Source: an uncultured Candidatus Rokubacteria bacterium
GTDB taxonomy: Bacteria > Methylomirabilota > Methylomirabilia > Rokubacteriales > CSP1-6
Reading direction: 5' to 3'
DNA: 64,000 nucleotides
Assembly: GCA_963747235.1 (NCBI GenBank)
Contig: CAVVEU010000008.1
Coordinates: forward strand, 128,001-192,000
Notes under the pieces: generated by a model
The model's database searches: none
What the model was told of the DNA's origin: nothing
The model's input: only the letters and a program-made list of their open reading frames with translations
Position numbers and translations under genes: made by a program
Part shown: positions 1 to 12,032 of the stretch, piece by piece
Layout: every line of letters starts with the position of its first letter
Numbering within the stretch: the first letter of the stretch is position 1

Positions 1-18
1 CCACTCGGGAGGCCTCCC

Positions 19-1604
<1,586 letters not shown>

Positions 1605-1612
1605 CAGGGGCC

Positions 1613-2533
1613 ATGCAGCCGGTGACGACGGTCTCCGCCGGGCAGGCCCCGCGGCGCCTCGACGTCTTCGTGGCCACCCAGACCGCCCACCTGTCGCGAG
1701 CGGCCGCCCAGCGGTGGATCGACGGCGGCCTGATCACGGTCAATGGCCGGCAGACCAAGCCCGCCCGGCTGATCCGCCCGGGCGACGTGATCACCTGTCA
1801 CGTGCCGGTGCGCGAGCCCCCGCCGGTCGAGCCCGAGCCCCTCGCGCTGCACGTGCTCCACGAGGACGCGGAGCTTCTGGTGATCGACAAGCCGCCCGGT
1901 CTCGTCATGCACCCCGGTCCCGGCCACTGGACGGGCACCCTGCTCAACGCGCTCGTGCATCACGTCGGTCACGAGCCCGGTGACGGGCGGCGCGTCCGGC
2001 CCGGGCTGGTCCATCGCCTCGACAAGGGCACCAGCGGCGTCCTCGTGATCGCGAAGACCGACGCGGCCCACCGCGATCTCTCGCGCCAGTTCCGCGCGCA
2101 CTCCGTGCACCGCGTGTACCTGGCGCTGGTGGCCGGCGCGGTCCGGCGGGGCGGCCTGATCGACCGGGGCTGGGCCGGGATACGCGCGATCGGCGCCGGG
2201 TCTCGACGCGCTCACCCAGCCACGAGACGGGCGGTGACGGAGTACCGCGTGGCCGAGCGCCTCGGCCCCGACGCGACCCTGGTCGAGGCGCGCCCGCGCA
2301 CCGGCCGCACGCATCAGATTCGCGTGCACCTGGCCTCGATCGGCCACCCGGTCCTGGGCGACGCGAGCTACGGGACGGCTCCGGCCGATCCGGCGCTGCC
2401 GCGCGCGATGCTCCACGCCGCGGTGCTGGGCTTCGCGCATCCGGCGAGCGGGGAGTACGTGGAGTTTCGCGCGCCGTTGCCGGCCGACATGGAGCGCGCG
2501 GTGGCGCGCGGTCGCGCGGGTGCTCTGCGCTGA
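1613..2533 (+). CDS. rluD: RluA/RluD-family RNA pseudouridine synthase with S4 domain
   Basis: RLDVFVA..SRAAAQRWI S4 domain, DKPPGLVMHP, catalytic HRLDKGTSG, TGRTHQIRVH, GHPVLGD; apparent compensating frameshifts near 2165-2225. Confidence 0.85.
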   Translation: MQPVTTVSAGQAPRRLDVFVATQTAHLSRAAAQRWIDGGLITVNGRQTKPARLIRPGDVITCHVPVREPPPVEPEPLALHVLHEDAELLVIDKPPGLVMHPGPGHWTGTLLNALVHHVGHEPGDGRRVRPGLVHRLDKGTSGVLVIAKTDAAHRDLSRQFRAHSVHRVYLALVAGAVRRGGLIDRGWAGIRAIGAGSRRAHPATRRAVTEYRVAERLGPDATLVEARPRTGRTHQIRVHLASIGHPVLGDASYGTAPADPALPRAMLHAAVLGFAHPASGEYVEFRAPLPADMERAVARGRAGALR

Positions 2534-2778
2534 CGAGCATCGAGGCGGGCGGACGCAGAATTCTCGTTTGCGCTTGACATGATTTCGAGTCGGCCCCGCC
2601 ACGATCTGGCTCGGCCGATGGAAAGCAGGGCTGAGCGCTCAGCATCCGGCAGCCGATGCACGTTCTCGAGGCCGAAGACGCCGAATCATGGCGCGCTCCG
2701 AGTTCGCGCGATCTGGGCGCTCCCAGGCGTCGCCGAAACCGAGGTGTAGAGTCGTCCCAGCAAGAAGGGAGACTCGCC

Positions 2779-4157
2779 ATGTTCGCCACGTTCGTCGGAT
2801 CTGCCCACTCCGTTGCAGCCGTCGCAGCCCAACCCGTCCCGCACCTCGCGGAGCTGGATCGCCTGGGCGACCAGATCGCCGAGCTCTCCGCGCACCTCGA
2901 GGCGGCGACGGCCCGCCTGCTCGCGCTGATCCGCGAGTTCGACGCCCGCGAGCGGCTGGGCCAACGGCTTCCGCTCCTGCGCCGAGTGGCTCGCGTGGCG
3001 CGTCGGCCTCGCCCTCGGCGCCGCCCGGGAGCACGTCCGGGTGGCGCGCGCCCTCGGGACGCTGCCGGCCCTGGCCGAGGCGCTGGCGCGCGGCGAGCTC
3101 TCCTACGCCAAGGTCCGCGCCTTGACACGCATCGCGACCCCGGAGACTGAGGTGCGCCTGCTCGCAGTGGGCCGCGCCGGCACGGCGTCCACGTGGAGAG
3201 CATCGTGCGGGGCTGGCGTCGCTTGGACCAGCAGGCCGAAGCGCGTGAGGCCACGCGGCAGCATGCGGGCCGCGACCTGCATGTCTACCAGGATGAGGAC
3301 GGCACCATCGTTCTCCGCGGACGCCTGACCCCGGAGATGGGCACGCTGCTCCTGCGCGCCCTCGACGCGGCCCGCGAGACGCTCTACGAGCGCCGCCGCG
3401 CCAGCGAGGCCGCTCCGCCGGCCACCGACCCGGCATCGGAGACCCCGACCCGGCCGCAGCAGCAGGCGGACGCGTTAGCCCTGCTGGCCGAGGCCGCGCT
3501 GCATGACGAGCTCGACCCCCGGGGCCCGGGGGAGTGCTATCAGGTGGTGGTCCACGTGGACGCCGCGGTCCTGGCGAACGCGGCCCAGCCCGGGCAGTCG
3601 GTGCTGGAAGGCGGCCCGCACGTTCCCGCGGGAACGTCGCAGCGGCTGGCGTGCGACGCGAGCCGGGTGGTGATGCGGCACGACGCGAACGGCCGGGTGG
3701 TGGAAGTCGGCGCCCGCACCCGGACGATCCCCCCGGTGCTCCGACGGGCCCTGCAGCATCGGGACAAGACCTGCCGCTTCCCCGGTGCAATGTCCGGATC
3801 GCCGAGGGGCATCACGTGCGGCACTGGGCCCACGGTGGGCCGACCAAGCTGTCCAATCTTGCCCTGCTCTGCCGCCGGCATCACCGGGCGGTGCACGAGG
3901 AAGGCTATCAGGTCGAGCGACTACCCGACGGCACGCTCCAGTTCTGGCGACCGGATGGCCGCCCATTGCCCGACGTGCCGGCACCGGCGGTGATGCCCGC
4001 CGATCCGGTCGGAGCGCTCCGGGCACAGCACGCCGCCCAAGGGCTCAATCTTCATGCGCGCACGGGGCTCGCGCAGTGGCTCGGGGAGCGACTGGACGTG
4101 GGCTGGGCGATCGACGTGCTACATCCGCGAGCCACGCGAATCGTCCGGGGCTCGTAG
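2779..4157 (+). CDS. DUF222-domain HNH endonuclease (13E12-repeat-like), frameshifted near 2950, 3190 and 3785
   Basis: RBS aagaaggga before the ATG; LARGELSYAKVRALTRIAT; QRLACDA; RDKTCRFPGC..HHVRHWAHGGPT..SNLALLCRRHH HNH signature. Confidence 0.85.
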
Positions 4158-5222
4158 CGACTGGAGCGGTCGGGCCCGGACGCTGAAGAGCCGGAGCGCC
4201 TCGACCTTCCCGCGCAGCTCCCGTTCCCCCATGTCCTCGACCTCGAGTTCGTCGGGCACCCGGCACCGGCTCAGCAGCGCCTCCGACACCAGGACGCGGC
4301 GCTCCAGCGGGCGACACTGCGCCTCGACCCGGGCCGCCGTATTGACCGTGTCGCCGCTGTGGACGATGTCCTTCTTGATGTCGCCGATCTCGGCGGTGAC
4401 GACGGCTCCTCCGTGGATGCCGGCCTTGAACTCGGGGACGACCCCATACCGCGCGAGATACCGATCCCTTTGCTCGTGGATGCGCTCCGTCACGAGGAAG
4501 ACGCAGCGGAGACAGTTGCCCTGGTGGAGGCCCCGCTCCACCGTCCAGGTCACCACCGCTTCGTCCCCGACGTATTGGTAGATCTGGCCGCGGGTCTCCA
4601 GGATCGGCTCGGCGATGTCGTGGAAGAAGTCGTTCTTGAAGTCGTTGAAGCGGAACGGTCCCAGCGCCGCCGCGATCGCGGTGGAGTCGTTCAGATCGAG
4701 GAACATGAAGATGCGCTCTTCCGCGACGGGTCGGTGATACCGGCCCAGCAGCAGACTCACCAGCGTTCCAGGACCGAGCATCCGGTTGAGCTGCCGGACG
4801 AAGTTGATGAGGAAGCTCACCAGCGTGAGGACGGCCAGCGCCACCAGGAATCGGCCACCCAGGACGAAATCCCGGTATTGCTCGGACGTGTAGTACGCGA
4901 GCAGGCCCCCGTGCTCGGAGAGCCCCAGCATGCTCATCGTCACGACGTGGATGACGACCGCGCACAGGGTGACGTAGAAGAAGGTCCGGATGAGGAGGAG
5001 ACCACCGACGGTCAGGGAGCGTACGTAACGCGGGATCAGGTACAACTCGAACCCTGCGCTGCCCAGCCCGATGACCGTGCCCGTTGCGGTCGCGGTGAGC
5101 TCCCGGGCGAGGTGGGTAGGCACTCGCCGGACGATCCAGTGCACGAGCACGGCCGCGCCGATCCAGCCGCACGTGATCCAGATGGTGGTCCTGGTCGTGT
5201 GAAGGGCCCGCGGCGAAACCAC
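4119..5222 (-). CDS. Membrane-bound class III adenylate/guanylate cyclase
   Basis: About 4 N-terminal TM segments; FMFLDLNDST, YVGDEAVV, GIHGG, SGDTVNTAARVE, LRGK. Confidence 0.9.
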   Translation of the reverse strand: MVSPRALHTTRTTIWITCGWIGAAVLVHWIVRRVPTHLARELTATATGTVIGLGSAGFELYLIPRYVRSLTVGGLLLIRTFFYVTLCAVVIHVVTMSMLGLSEHGGLLAYYTSEQYRDFVLGGRFLVALAVLTLVSFLINFVRQLNRMLGPGTLVSLLLGRYHRPVAEERIFMFLDLNDSTAIAAALGPFRFNDFKNDFFHDIAEPILETRGQIYQYVGDEAVVTWTVERGLHQGNCLRCVFLVTERIHEQRDRYLARYGVVPEFKAGIHGGAVVTAEIGDIKKDIVHSGDTVNTAARVEAQCRPLERRVLVSEALLSRCRVPDELEVEDMGERELRGKVEALRLFSVRARPLQSLRAPDDSRGSRM

Positions 5223-5225
5223 GGC

Positions 5226-5591
5226 TCAGACCTCGATCTCGATCCAGGCGCGGCGCCGGATCCGGCCGGTGAGCCGGGAGAACAGGTCGCCTATCCACAT
5301 CTGCCAGCCGTACTTGGCCCGCAGCGCGGCGTGCGCGCGCTCGATCACGCCGGGCTCGGTGACGATGCGCGCGGTCACGTCCGACCACCCGCCGCGAACG
5401 TGCCCGCGCATATCGGACGGGGCGACCCGCGCCCGTGACGAATGGCGCAGACGCTTGACCTTGCCCGAGTCGCCGGCCGTGAAGACGTAGATCTTCCCGT
5501 CCGCCGCCGCGAACCAGACCGGCGTCTTGACCTCGGCTCCGCTGCGACGAAACGTGGCCAGACTCAGATAGCGATGGCGGTCGAGCGGCAT
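5226..5591 (-). CDS. PPOX-class F420-dependent oxidoreductase
   Basis: YLSLATFRRSG..VKTPVWF, SGKVKRLR, KYGWQ; start overlaps the upstream gene end. Confidence 0.85.
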   Translation of the reverse strand: MPLDRHRYLSLATFRRSGAEVKTPVWFAAADGKIYVFTAGDSGKVKRLRHSSRARVAPSDMRGHVRGGWSDVTARIVTEPGVIERAHAALRAKYGWQMWIGDLFSRLTGRIRRRAWIEIEV

Positions 5592-5592
5592 G

Positions 5593-6702
5593 TCAGGCGA
5601 GCCCGAGCGATCGGGCCACGGTCTCGAGGTGCAGCGTCGCGTCGCCCGCATCCAGACCGGCCGCGAGGATGCGCTTGTGGAAGAGATGGAGCGGGTGCTC
5701 CTCGCTGTAGCCGATGGCGCCCATGATCTGGTGCCCGCGGCGGGCCACGCGCAGGCAGGCCTCGCCGCCGTAGGCCTTGGCCGCGGCGATCGCGGCGCCG
5801 GCGTCGGGACGGCCCGATTCGAGCTTCCAGGCGGCTTCCCACATGAGCCAGCGCGCGCTCTCGACGTCGCGGAACAGGTCCGCGCAGGCGTGCTGGATGG
5901 CCTGGTAGCCGCCGATGGGCCGGCCGCCCTGGACGCGCACGCGGGCGTGCTCCACGCAGAGCTCGAGGACACGCTGGGCGGCGCCGGCCATCTCGGCGCT
6001 CCGGGCGAGGGCGCCGATGCGAAACGCGGGGGCGAGCAGCGCCCAGCCGTCTCCGGGCGCGCCGAGCAGGTCGTCGGCGCGGGTCTCCACGTCGGTGAGC
6101 TCGACCTCGAAGAGCTTGTCGCCGGTCATGCTGTCGAGCGGGCGCGCGGCGATGCCGGCGCGGTCCATCGGGAGCAGGAGCGCGGTCGGTCCGGCGGCGG
6201 ACCGCCCGAGCACGATCACGTCGGTGGCCACGTGCGCGTCCTGGACGAAGAGCTTGCGTCCGCTGAGGCGGCCGGGGGCGGAGACCGGCAGGGTCAGCGC
6301 GTCCGGGTCGAGCCGTCCCGACTCCTCGAGCACGGCGAGCGCGCAGATCCGCTCGCCCAGGGCCAGGGCGGGGAGGAGGGCCTGGGCGCGTCGGCCGCCG
6401 GCCGCGGTCAGCGCGGTGGTCGCGACGACGGCGCTCGCGATGAACGGGCTCGGGAAGCAGGCGCGTCCCAGCTCCTCGACGAGGGCCAGCGCGTCGCCGA
6501 CCGAGCCGCCGCTGCCGCCCAGCTCGGTCGGGACCAGGAGGCCCGGCCAGCCGAGCGTCGCGATCTCCTTCCACAGATCGGCCGCGAAGCCGCGCGGGTC
6601 GAGCGCGATCGCCTGCACACACTCGATCGGGCACCGCTGCTGCAGCAGCGCGCGCGCCGATTGCTGCAGGAGCTGCTGCGACGGCGAGAACGCGAGATCC
6701 AT
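5593..6702 (-). CDS. Acyl-CoA dehydrogenase family protein (degenerate partner-type subunit)
   Basis: MDLAFSPSQQ start, GWPGLLVP..GGSG, RVQGGRPIGGYQAIQH, HQIMGAIGYSEEH. Confidence 0.9.
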   Translation of the reverse strand: MDLAFSPSQQLLQQSARALLQQRCPIECVQAIALDPRGFAADLWKEIATLGWPGLLVPTELGGSGGSVGDALALVEELGRACFPSPFIASAVVATTALTAAGGRRAQALLPALALGERICALAVLEESGRLDPDALTLPVSAPGRLSGRKLFVQDAHVATDVIVLGRSAAGPTALLLPMDRAGIAARPLDSMTGDKLFEVELTDVETRADDLLGAPGDGWALLAPAFRIGALARSAEMAGAAQRVLELCVEHARVRVQGGRPIGGYQAIQHACADLFRDVESARWLMWEAAWKLESGRPDAGAAIAAAKAYGGEACLRVARRGHQIMGAIGYSEEHPLHLFHKRILAAGLDAGDATLHLETVARSLGLA

Positions 6703-7882
6703 CAGGCGCGGGCCCGCGGCTCGGCGGGCAGGCCGAGGGCCCGCACCGCGATGGTCGTGCGCTGGATCTCGGACGTCCCGCCCGCGAGCGTGTGGCCCCA
6801 GCTCGTCTGGTACTGGTGCTCGATCTCGCCGCGGAGCCGGGCCCAGCGGGAGCCGGCGCGCAGGACTCCATAGGGCCCGAGCAGCTCCATGCCCATCGCG
6901 AGCACGCGCTGGCCCAGCTCGTCGGCCATGACCTTCGCGGCGGAGACCGGGCCGGTCGCGGGCAGGCCGCGCTCGATGAGCCAGGCGGCGCGGAGGAAGA
7001 GCGCGCGGAGGGCCGCGACCTCGGTCGGCGGCGTGGGCGAGCCGCCGGCGCGCCACCGCGTCCCCGGGCGTGGCGGCGTTCACGTACTCGACGAGCAGGC
7101 CCAGGATCCGTCGCAGGAACGGGCGCCTTGTAGAAGCGCCCCCAGAAGCGGTCGGTGTCGAGGCCCTTCAGGAGCTGGTTGAAGCCCTCGCCGGGCTTGC
7201 CGAGCACCCAGTCGCGCGGCACGCGCACGCCGTCCATGAAGATCTCGTAGTGGTAGACCCGGCCGGTCAGGCTGCGGATCGGGCGCACGTCCATGCCGGG
7301 CAGCCGGTTGTCGACCATCAACATGGTGAGGCCGCGGTTGCGAGTGGACGCGGGATCGGTGCGGGCGAGCACGGTGCCGTAGCTCGCGATGCCCGCGTGG
7401 CTCGACCAGATCTTGCGGCCGTCGAGCACCCAGTGATCCCCCTCGAGGCGGGCGTGGGTCTTGAGCGCGAGCAGGTCCGAGCCCGCGTCGGGCTCGCTGT
7501 AGCCCTGCCAGAACGTGGCCTCGCCGCGCGCGACGAGCGGGAGGATCTCGCGCTGCAGGGTCTCGGAGCCATTGCGGATGATGGAGTCGGCGACCTGCAG
7601 GCAGCCCGAGAGCGGGCCGAAGGGCGCGCCGGCGGCCGCCAGCTCGTCCAGGAGGATCAGGAGGTAGCTCATCGGCCGCGCCTCGCCGCCGTGCTCGCGC
7701 GGCCAGGCCATGCTGAGCCAGCCGCGCTCGCCGAGCGCGCGCGTGAAGGCCCGCGAGTGGGCGCCGGAGCCATAGCCCGCGTCGGTGCCGTCCTCGGGAA
7801 ACGTCTCCGGCGGATGGGCGTGGAGAAACGCCCGCACCTCGTCGGTGAAGGCCTGCTCGGAGCCGGAGAGCCCGAAGTCCAT
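6702..7882 (-). CDS. Acyl-CoA dehydrogenase family protein, frameshifted near 7030-7120
   Basis: WPREHGG, QGYSEPDAGSDL, GRKIWSS, C-terminal TLAGGTSEIQR..LGLP. Confidence 0.88.
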
Positions 7883-7902
7883 GGCCGGAGCCTGCGCCGG
7901 GC

Positions 7903-8973
7903 CTACCGCCGCCGCGCCAGCTCCGAGAAGGGGCCCGAGATCCGCACGATCTGGTTGAGCTGGAACACGCCGGTGCGGATGACCGAGACGAGCAGATCGC
8001 CGGCCAGACCGGCGGCGCGCGTCTCGGGGGTATCGGGCACGACGACGAGCCCCCGCGGGGCGTCGCCGTCGGTGAAGCGCGCGAGGGGCAGCCGGTTGCC
8101 GTCGGCGGTGACGCCGAAGATCTCGTTGGCCTGGCGATCGGTCACGAAGACGGAGCCGCCGGGGCCCGGGCTCAGGCCCTGCGACACCGGGCCCTCCACC
8201 ATGAGGCGCCGCTCGCCCCCGGGCGCCACCCGCCAGAGCTCACCGGGGCCGCCCTGCCACGGCGCTTCCGCGCTGCCGTCGCTGCCGACCCACAGGTGGT
8301 CCGCGTCGTCCACGGTGAGCGTGCGCGGGCGGAGCACGCGCAGGTAGCTCGGGTCCAGCACGCGCCCGGTGGGGTCGAAGCGCACGACCACGCCGCGGTC
8401 GCGGTCGGCCACGTAGACGTTGCCGGCGGAGTCCACCGCCGCGCCCTCCGGCTGGATCAGGATCGGCGGCGTGCCCGGGTCCGGCGTGCCCCCGGCGAAG
8501 AACACGATCCGGCCGTCGATCAGGCGATACAGCACGCCCACGCGGCGGTCGCGGTCGAACGTGGTGACGAAGAGCTCGCGCCCGCCCCGGCCGCCGCTCA
8601 CCTGCGCGTTGTTCAGCGGCGGGCCGTGGAAGAAGCGCGGCTCGGTCGCGGCGGTGAGCTGCGCGCCGCCCGCCTTGATCCGGTAGATGGACGTGAGGTA
8701 GTCGAACTCGCCGCCGCTGTACCGCCGGCCGCTGCGCGCGAGATAGAGCGCGCCGGTATGATCCACGGCCAGGGTGGGGGTCGTGGGGATCCCGCGCCCG
8801 CGGAACTCGGTGGCCCCGCCGAAGCCGTCGCCGGTGACGTAGATCCGCGCGGTGAAGCCGGCGGGCAGGACGATCTCGGCCCGCGCCGCGGTGGGAGCGA
8901 GCGAGAGTGCGGAAAGGGCCAGCGTGACGGCAAGGCGTCGTCCTGCTCCGGGTCGTGAACATGGAGTCCGCAT
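7903..8973 (-). CDS. Secreted NHL/SMP-30-like beta-propeller protein
   Basis: Signal peptide (ARA-E); repeats LAVDHTGALY, PEGAAVDSAGNVYVAD, PRGLVV; exact start uncertain. Confidence 0.7.
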   Translation of the reverse strand: MRTPCSRPGAGRRLAVTLALSALSLAPTAARAEIVLPAGFTARIYVTGDGFGGATEFRGRGIPTTPTLAVDHTGALYLARSGRRYSGGEFDYLTSIYRIKAGGAQLTAATEPRFFHGPPLNNAQVSGGRGGRELFVTTFDRDRRVGVLYRLIDGRIVFFAGGTPDPGTPPILIQPEGAAVDSAGNVYVADRDRGVVVRFDPTGRVLDPSYLRVLRPRTLTVDDADHLWVGSDGSAEAPWQGGPGELWRVAPGGERRLMVEGPVSQGLSPGPGGSVFVTDRQANEIFGVTADGNRLPLARFTDGDAPRGLVVVPDTPETRAAGLAGDLLVSVIRTGVFQLNQIVRISGPFSELARRR

Positions 8974-9089
8974 GATAGCGTCTCGCGAGTGTCCGCTTCA
9001 ACCGGTCCTCGCGGCCTGCTTCTTCTCTTGCCTCCGGTCGCGTGATCGCGGATACTCCCGACCACCAAACCTTCGGGGAGGGACGACCC

Positions 9090-9539
9090 ATGGCGCGCTT
9101 GACGATCAACGGCCGATCGCTCGAGGTCAACGTCAACCCCAACACGCCGCTCCTGTGGGCCATCCGGGAGCAGGCGGGGCTCACCGGGACCAAGTACGGC
9201 TGCGGGATCGCCCAGTGCGGCGCCTGCACGGTGCACGTCGACGGCGTCGCGGTCCGCTCCTGTGTGATGCCGGTCGCCGCCGTCGCGGGCAAGAAGATCA
9301 CCACCATCGAGGGCCTGGCCACCGGCGCCGTCCTGCACAAGGTGCAGAAGGCCTGGCTCGACCACGAGGTGCCCCAGTGCGGCTACTGCCAGGCGGGCAT
9401 GATCATGGCGGTGGCGGCGTTGCTGAAGGACAAGCCCAGGCCGACCGACGCGGATATCGACGCGCGGATCACCAACATCTGTCGCTGCGGCACGTTCCAG
9501 CAGGTTCGTGAGGCCATTCACGCTGCGGCCAAGGCCTGA
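9090..9539 (+). CDS. (2Fe-2S)-binding small subunit of a molybdo-hydroxylase (IorA-like)
   Basis: [32 protein letters not shown]; RBS ggaggg. Confidence 0.95.
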   Translation: MARLTINGRSLEVNVNPNTPLLWAIREQAGLTGTKYGCGIAQCGACTVHVDGVAVRSCVMPVAAVAGKKITTIEGLATGAVLHKVQKAWLDHEVPQCGYCQAGMIMAVAALLKDKPRPTDADIDARITNICRCGTFQQVREAIHAAAKA

Positions 9540-9553
9540 GGGGGGTGGACATC

Positions 9554-11737
9554 ATGATCACCAGGACTCCGAAGATCAATCGCCGCTCCTTCGTCGTCGG
9601 CAGCGTCGCGGTCGGCGCGGGTCTCGCGCTCGGCCTCAAGATCCCGTTCGGCACGGAGGTCGTCCGCGCGCAGGACGGCTCGCCCGAGGTCACCGCGTGG
9701 GTGGTCATCCGCCCGGACGATACCGTCGTGATCCGGATCGCGCGCTCGGAGATGGGACAGGGCACGCTCACCGGTCTCGCCCAGATGGTCGCCGAGGAGC
9801 TCGAGTGCGACTGGTCGAAGGTGCAGACCGAGTACCCGACGCCCGGCCAGAGCGTCAAGCGCAAGCGCGTGTGGGGTGACTTCTCCACCGGTGGCAGCCG
9901 GGGCATCCGCACGTCGCACGAGTACGTCCGCAAGGGCGGGGCCACCGCGCGCGAGATGCTGATCCAGGCCGCGGCCGACGCCTGGAAGGTTCCCGCCGCC
10001 GAGTGCAGCGCCGCCAACAGCGTGATCACCCACAAGACCTCGGGCCGCACCACGACCTACGGGAAGGTGGCGGAGGCCGCCGCCAAGCTCACGCCGCCCG
10101 CGAACGTGGCGCTCAAGGACCCGAAGGACTGGAAGCTCATCGGCAAGTCGGTCAAGCGCCTGGACACGATGGCCAAGCTGACCGGCGCGCAGGTGTACGG
10201 GTTCGATCTCAAGCTGCCCGGGATGCTCAACGCCGCGATCAAGGATTGCCCGGTCTTCGGCGGCAAGGTGAAGAGCCTTCGAGGCGACCAAGGTCAAGGG
10301 GATGCCGGGAGTCCGGCACGTGCTCCCGGTTGGCGATTCGGCGGTGGCGGTGGTGGCCGACACGTGGTGGGAGGCCAAGACCGCGCTCGACGCGCTGCCC
10401 ATCTCCTGGGACGAGGGCCCCAATGCGAAGGTCTCGAGCGCGACGATCGCGGACATGCTGAAGGAGGGGCTCGACGCCGACCAGGCCTTCGTCAACAACC
10501 AGAACGGCGACGCAAGGCCGCCATCGGCGGGCGCGGCGAAGAAGGTCGAGGCGGTTTACGCGTATCCGTTCCAGAACCACGCGCCGATGGAACCGATGAA
10601 CGCGACGGCCAGGTACACCCCGGACCGGTGCGAGGTCTGGGTGCCCACGCAGAACGGCGAGGCCGCATTCGCGGCGACGCTGTCGGCGTCCGGGCTGCCG
10701 GCCGACAAGTGCGAGGTCTACAAGATCAACCTGGGCGGCGGGTTCGGCCGGCGCGGGGCCTTCCACGACTACGTCACCCAGGCCGTCCTGATCGCCAAGC
10801 AGATCCCGGGCATCGCCGGTGAAGCTCCTCTGGTCGCGCGAGGAGGACATGTTGCACGGAAGGTATCACCCGGTCATGCAGGCGAAGCTGACCGGCGCCT
10901 CGATGCCGAGCGGCAACCTGGTCGGGCTGCACATGCGCCTGTCGGGGCAGTCGATCCTCAGCGGACGTGTTCCCGCAGATGCTCCAGAACGGGCAAGGAC
11001 TCCTGACCTTCCAGGGCCTGCACAAGAGCGGGGACTTCGCCATCGGCTACACGGTCCCGAATCTCCTGATCGACCACGCCATGCGCAACACCCACGTCCC
11101 GCCGGGCTTCTGGCGCGGGGTGAACATCAACCAGAACGCGATCTTCCTCGAGTGCTTCATGGACGAGCTCGCCCATGCGGCCGGCCAGGATCCGCTCGAG
11201 TTCCGGCGCAAGCTGATGGCGAACCACCCCAAGCACCTCGCGGTGCTGAACGCGGTGGCCGACCGGGCCGGCTGGGGCAAGCCGGCGCCGCAGGGGGTGT
11301 ACCGCGGGCTGTCCCAGATGATGTCGTTCGGCAGCTACGTGGCGGCGTGCGCCGAGGTCTCCGTCAAGGACGGCAACAAGGTGAAGGTCCATCGCATCGT
11401 CGCCGCGACCGACACCGGGTACGCCGTCAACCCGGCGCAGATCGAGCGCCAGATCGCCGGCTCGTTCGTGTACGGCCTCTCCGCGCTCTTCATGGAGGAG
11501 TGCACGGTCAAGGACGGCCACATCGAGCAGACGAACTTCCACGAGTACGACTCCATGCGGATCGCGCAGATGCCGAAGGTGGAGGCGATCGTCATGCCGT
11601 CCGGCGGCTTCTGGGGCGGCGTCGGCGAGCCCACGATCTGCGTGGCGGCGCCCGCGGTCCTGAACGCCTTCTTCGCCGCGACCGGCAAGCGCCTGCGCAC
11701 GGTTCCGCTGAAGCACCACGGCGTGACCCTGGTATAA
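9554..11737 (+). CDS. Tat-exported molybdopterin-binding large subunit (IorB / xanthine dehydrogenase family), several frameshifts
   Basis: NRRSFV twin-arginine signal; RSEMGQG, STGGSRGI, HAPMEPMNA, GGGFGRR, GFWRGV, GGVGEP spread over four ORF pieces. Confidence 0.9.
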
Positions 11738-11741
11738 GCCC

Positions 11742-12032
11742 GTGATCGGCAGGGCCCTGGCCGCGGCGATCGGGATGGCCTCGATCGCCGCGGCGGTGGC
11801 GTCGGCGGAGCCTCCGGCCGGCGCCGCGGCGTGCTCGGGTTGTCACCCGGCCTCTCCACGGGTGGCGTCGCCCGTGCCTCGACTCACCGGGGTCGATCAG
11901 GCGGCGATCGTCCGGGCCCTCCGGGAGTTCCGCTCGGGGCAGCGTCCGGCCACCGTGATGGACCGGATCGCCAAGGGCTTCACGGACGACGAGATCCAGG
12001 CCCTCGCCGCCTGGTTCGCCACGCAGAAGTGA
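11742..12032 (+). CDS. Monoheme cytochrome c (cytochrome subunit of flavocytochrome c type)
   Basis: Signal peptide, CSGCH, ATVMDRIAKG axial Met; directly upstream of the FCSD flavoprotein. Confidence 0.9.
   Translation: MIGRALAAAIGMASIAAAVASAEPPAGAAACSGCHPASPRVASPVPRLTGVDQAAIVRALREFRSGQRPATVMDRIAKGFTDDEIQALAAWFATQK

Noticed and set aside
9040-9089. Possible molybdenum-cofactor riboswitch before the iorA-like gene (CCTTCGGG hairpin near the RBS)
   Set aside because: Leader looks too short and lacks a recognisable multi-stem structure
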